Assembly (NCBI RefSeq): GCF_018977255.1
Contig: NW_024705319.1
Coordinates: 1 to 54,526 of the forward strand
Source of the DNA: Callorhinchus milii
Taxonomy: Eukaryota
DNA length: 54,526 nucleotides
Direction of reading: 5' to 3'
In this document: one piece after another, positions 54,285 through 54,526 of the stretch
How positions within the stretch are numbered: position 1 is the first letter of the stretch
How the letters are laid out: each line of letters begins with the position of its first letter
Position numbers and translations under genes: made by a program
The notes under the pieces: model-generated
What the model was told of the DNA's origin: nothing
The model's database searches: none
The model's input: only the letters and a program-made list of their open reading frames with translations

Positions 54285-54368
54285 CTTGACCTGAAGCAGT
54301 GAGACTGGACACATCATCATCAGCAGCAGCAGCGAGAGGAGGAGGATCAGCTGCTGGTGGGTGCTCAT
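54285..54368 (-). CDS. Probable first coding exon of a secreted or membrane protein: MSTHQQLILLLSLLLLMMMCPVSLLQVK
   Basis: CCACCATG Kozak context, hydrophobic signal-peptide-like sequence, AAG|GTGAGA donor; downstream exons not identified. Confidence 0.55.
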
Positions 54369-54376
54369 GGTGGAGT

Positions 54377-54526
54377 CAGCAATGTCTCTGCACGGCGTAC
54401 ACAGCAATGTCTCTGCACGGTGTACACAGCAGTGTCTCTGCACGTGTACACAGCAATGTCTCTGCACGGTGTACACAGCAATGTCTCTGCACGGTGTACA
54501 CAGCAATGTCTGCAAGCGGTGTACAC
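54377..54526. repeat. Minisatellite, 25-bp unit CAGCAATGTCTCTGCACGGTGTACA, ~6 copies, running off the window end
   Basis: Directly visible tandem array. Confidence 0.95.

Overview
This is eukaryotic (invertebrate-like) genomic DNA in three parts. (1) Positions 1-13549 hold at least 10 exons of a + strand polycystin-1-like (PKD1L/REJ family) gene, covering the GAIN/GPS region, TM1, PLAT and TM2-TM5. The exons carry at least 7 single-base frameshifts and one in-frame stop. The introns contain a PIF/Harbinger-like MITE with two 16-bp minisatellites, a Penelope-like palindromic insertion and SINEs. (2) After a 30-N gap (13550-13579), about 35.6 kb (~13600-49260) shows no recognisable genes, exons, repeats or low-complexity tracts and has near-uniform composition. 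It reads like shuffled or synthetic sequence, and I could support no biological system there. (3) Positions ~49260-54526 return to AT-rich native-looking DNA that shares repeat families with part 1. It includes a Penelope-like inverted repeat with a hammerhead ribozyme core, RTE LINE 3' fragments, a SINE, a signal-peptide first exon on the - strand and a 25-bp minisatellite. All calls were made by eye, without database searches.
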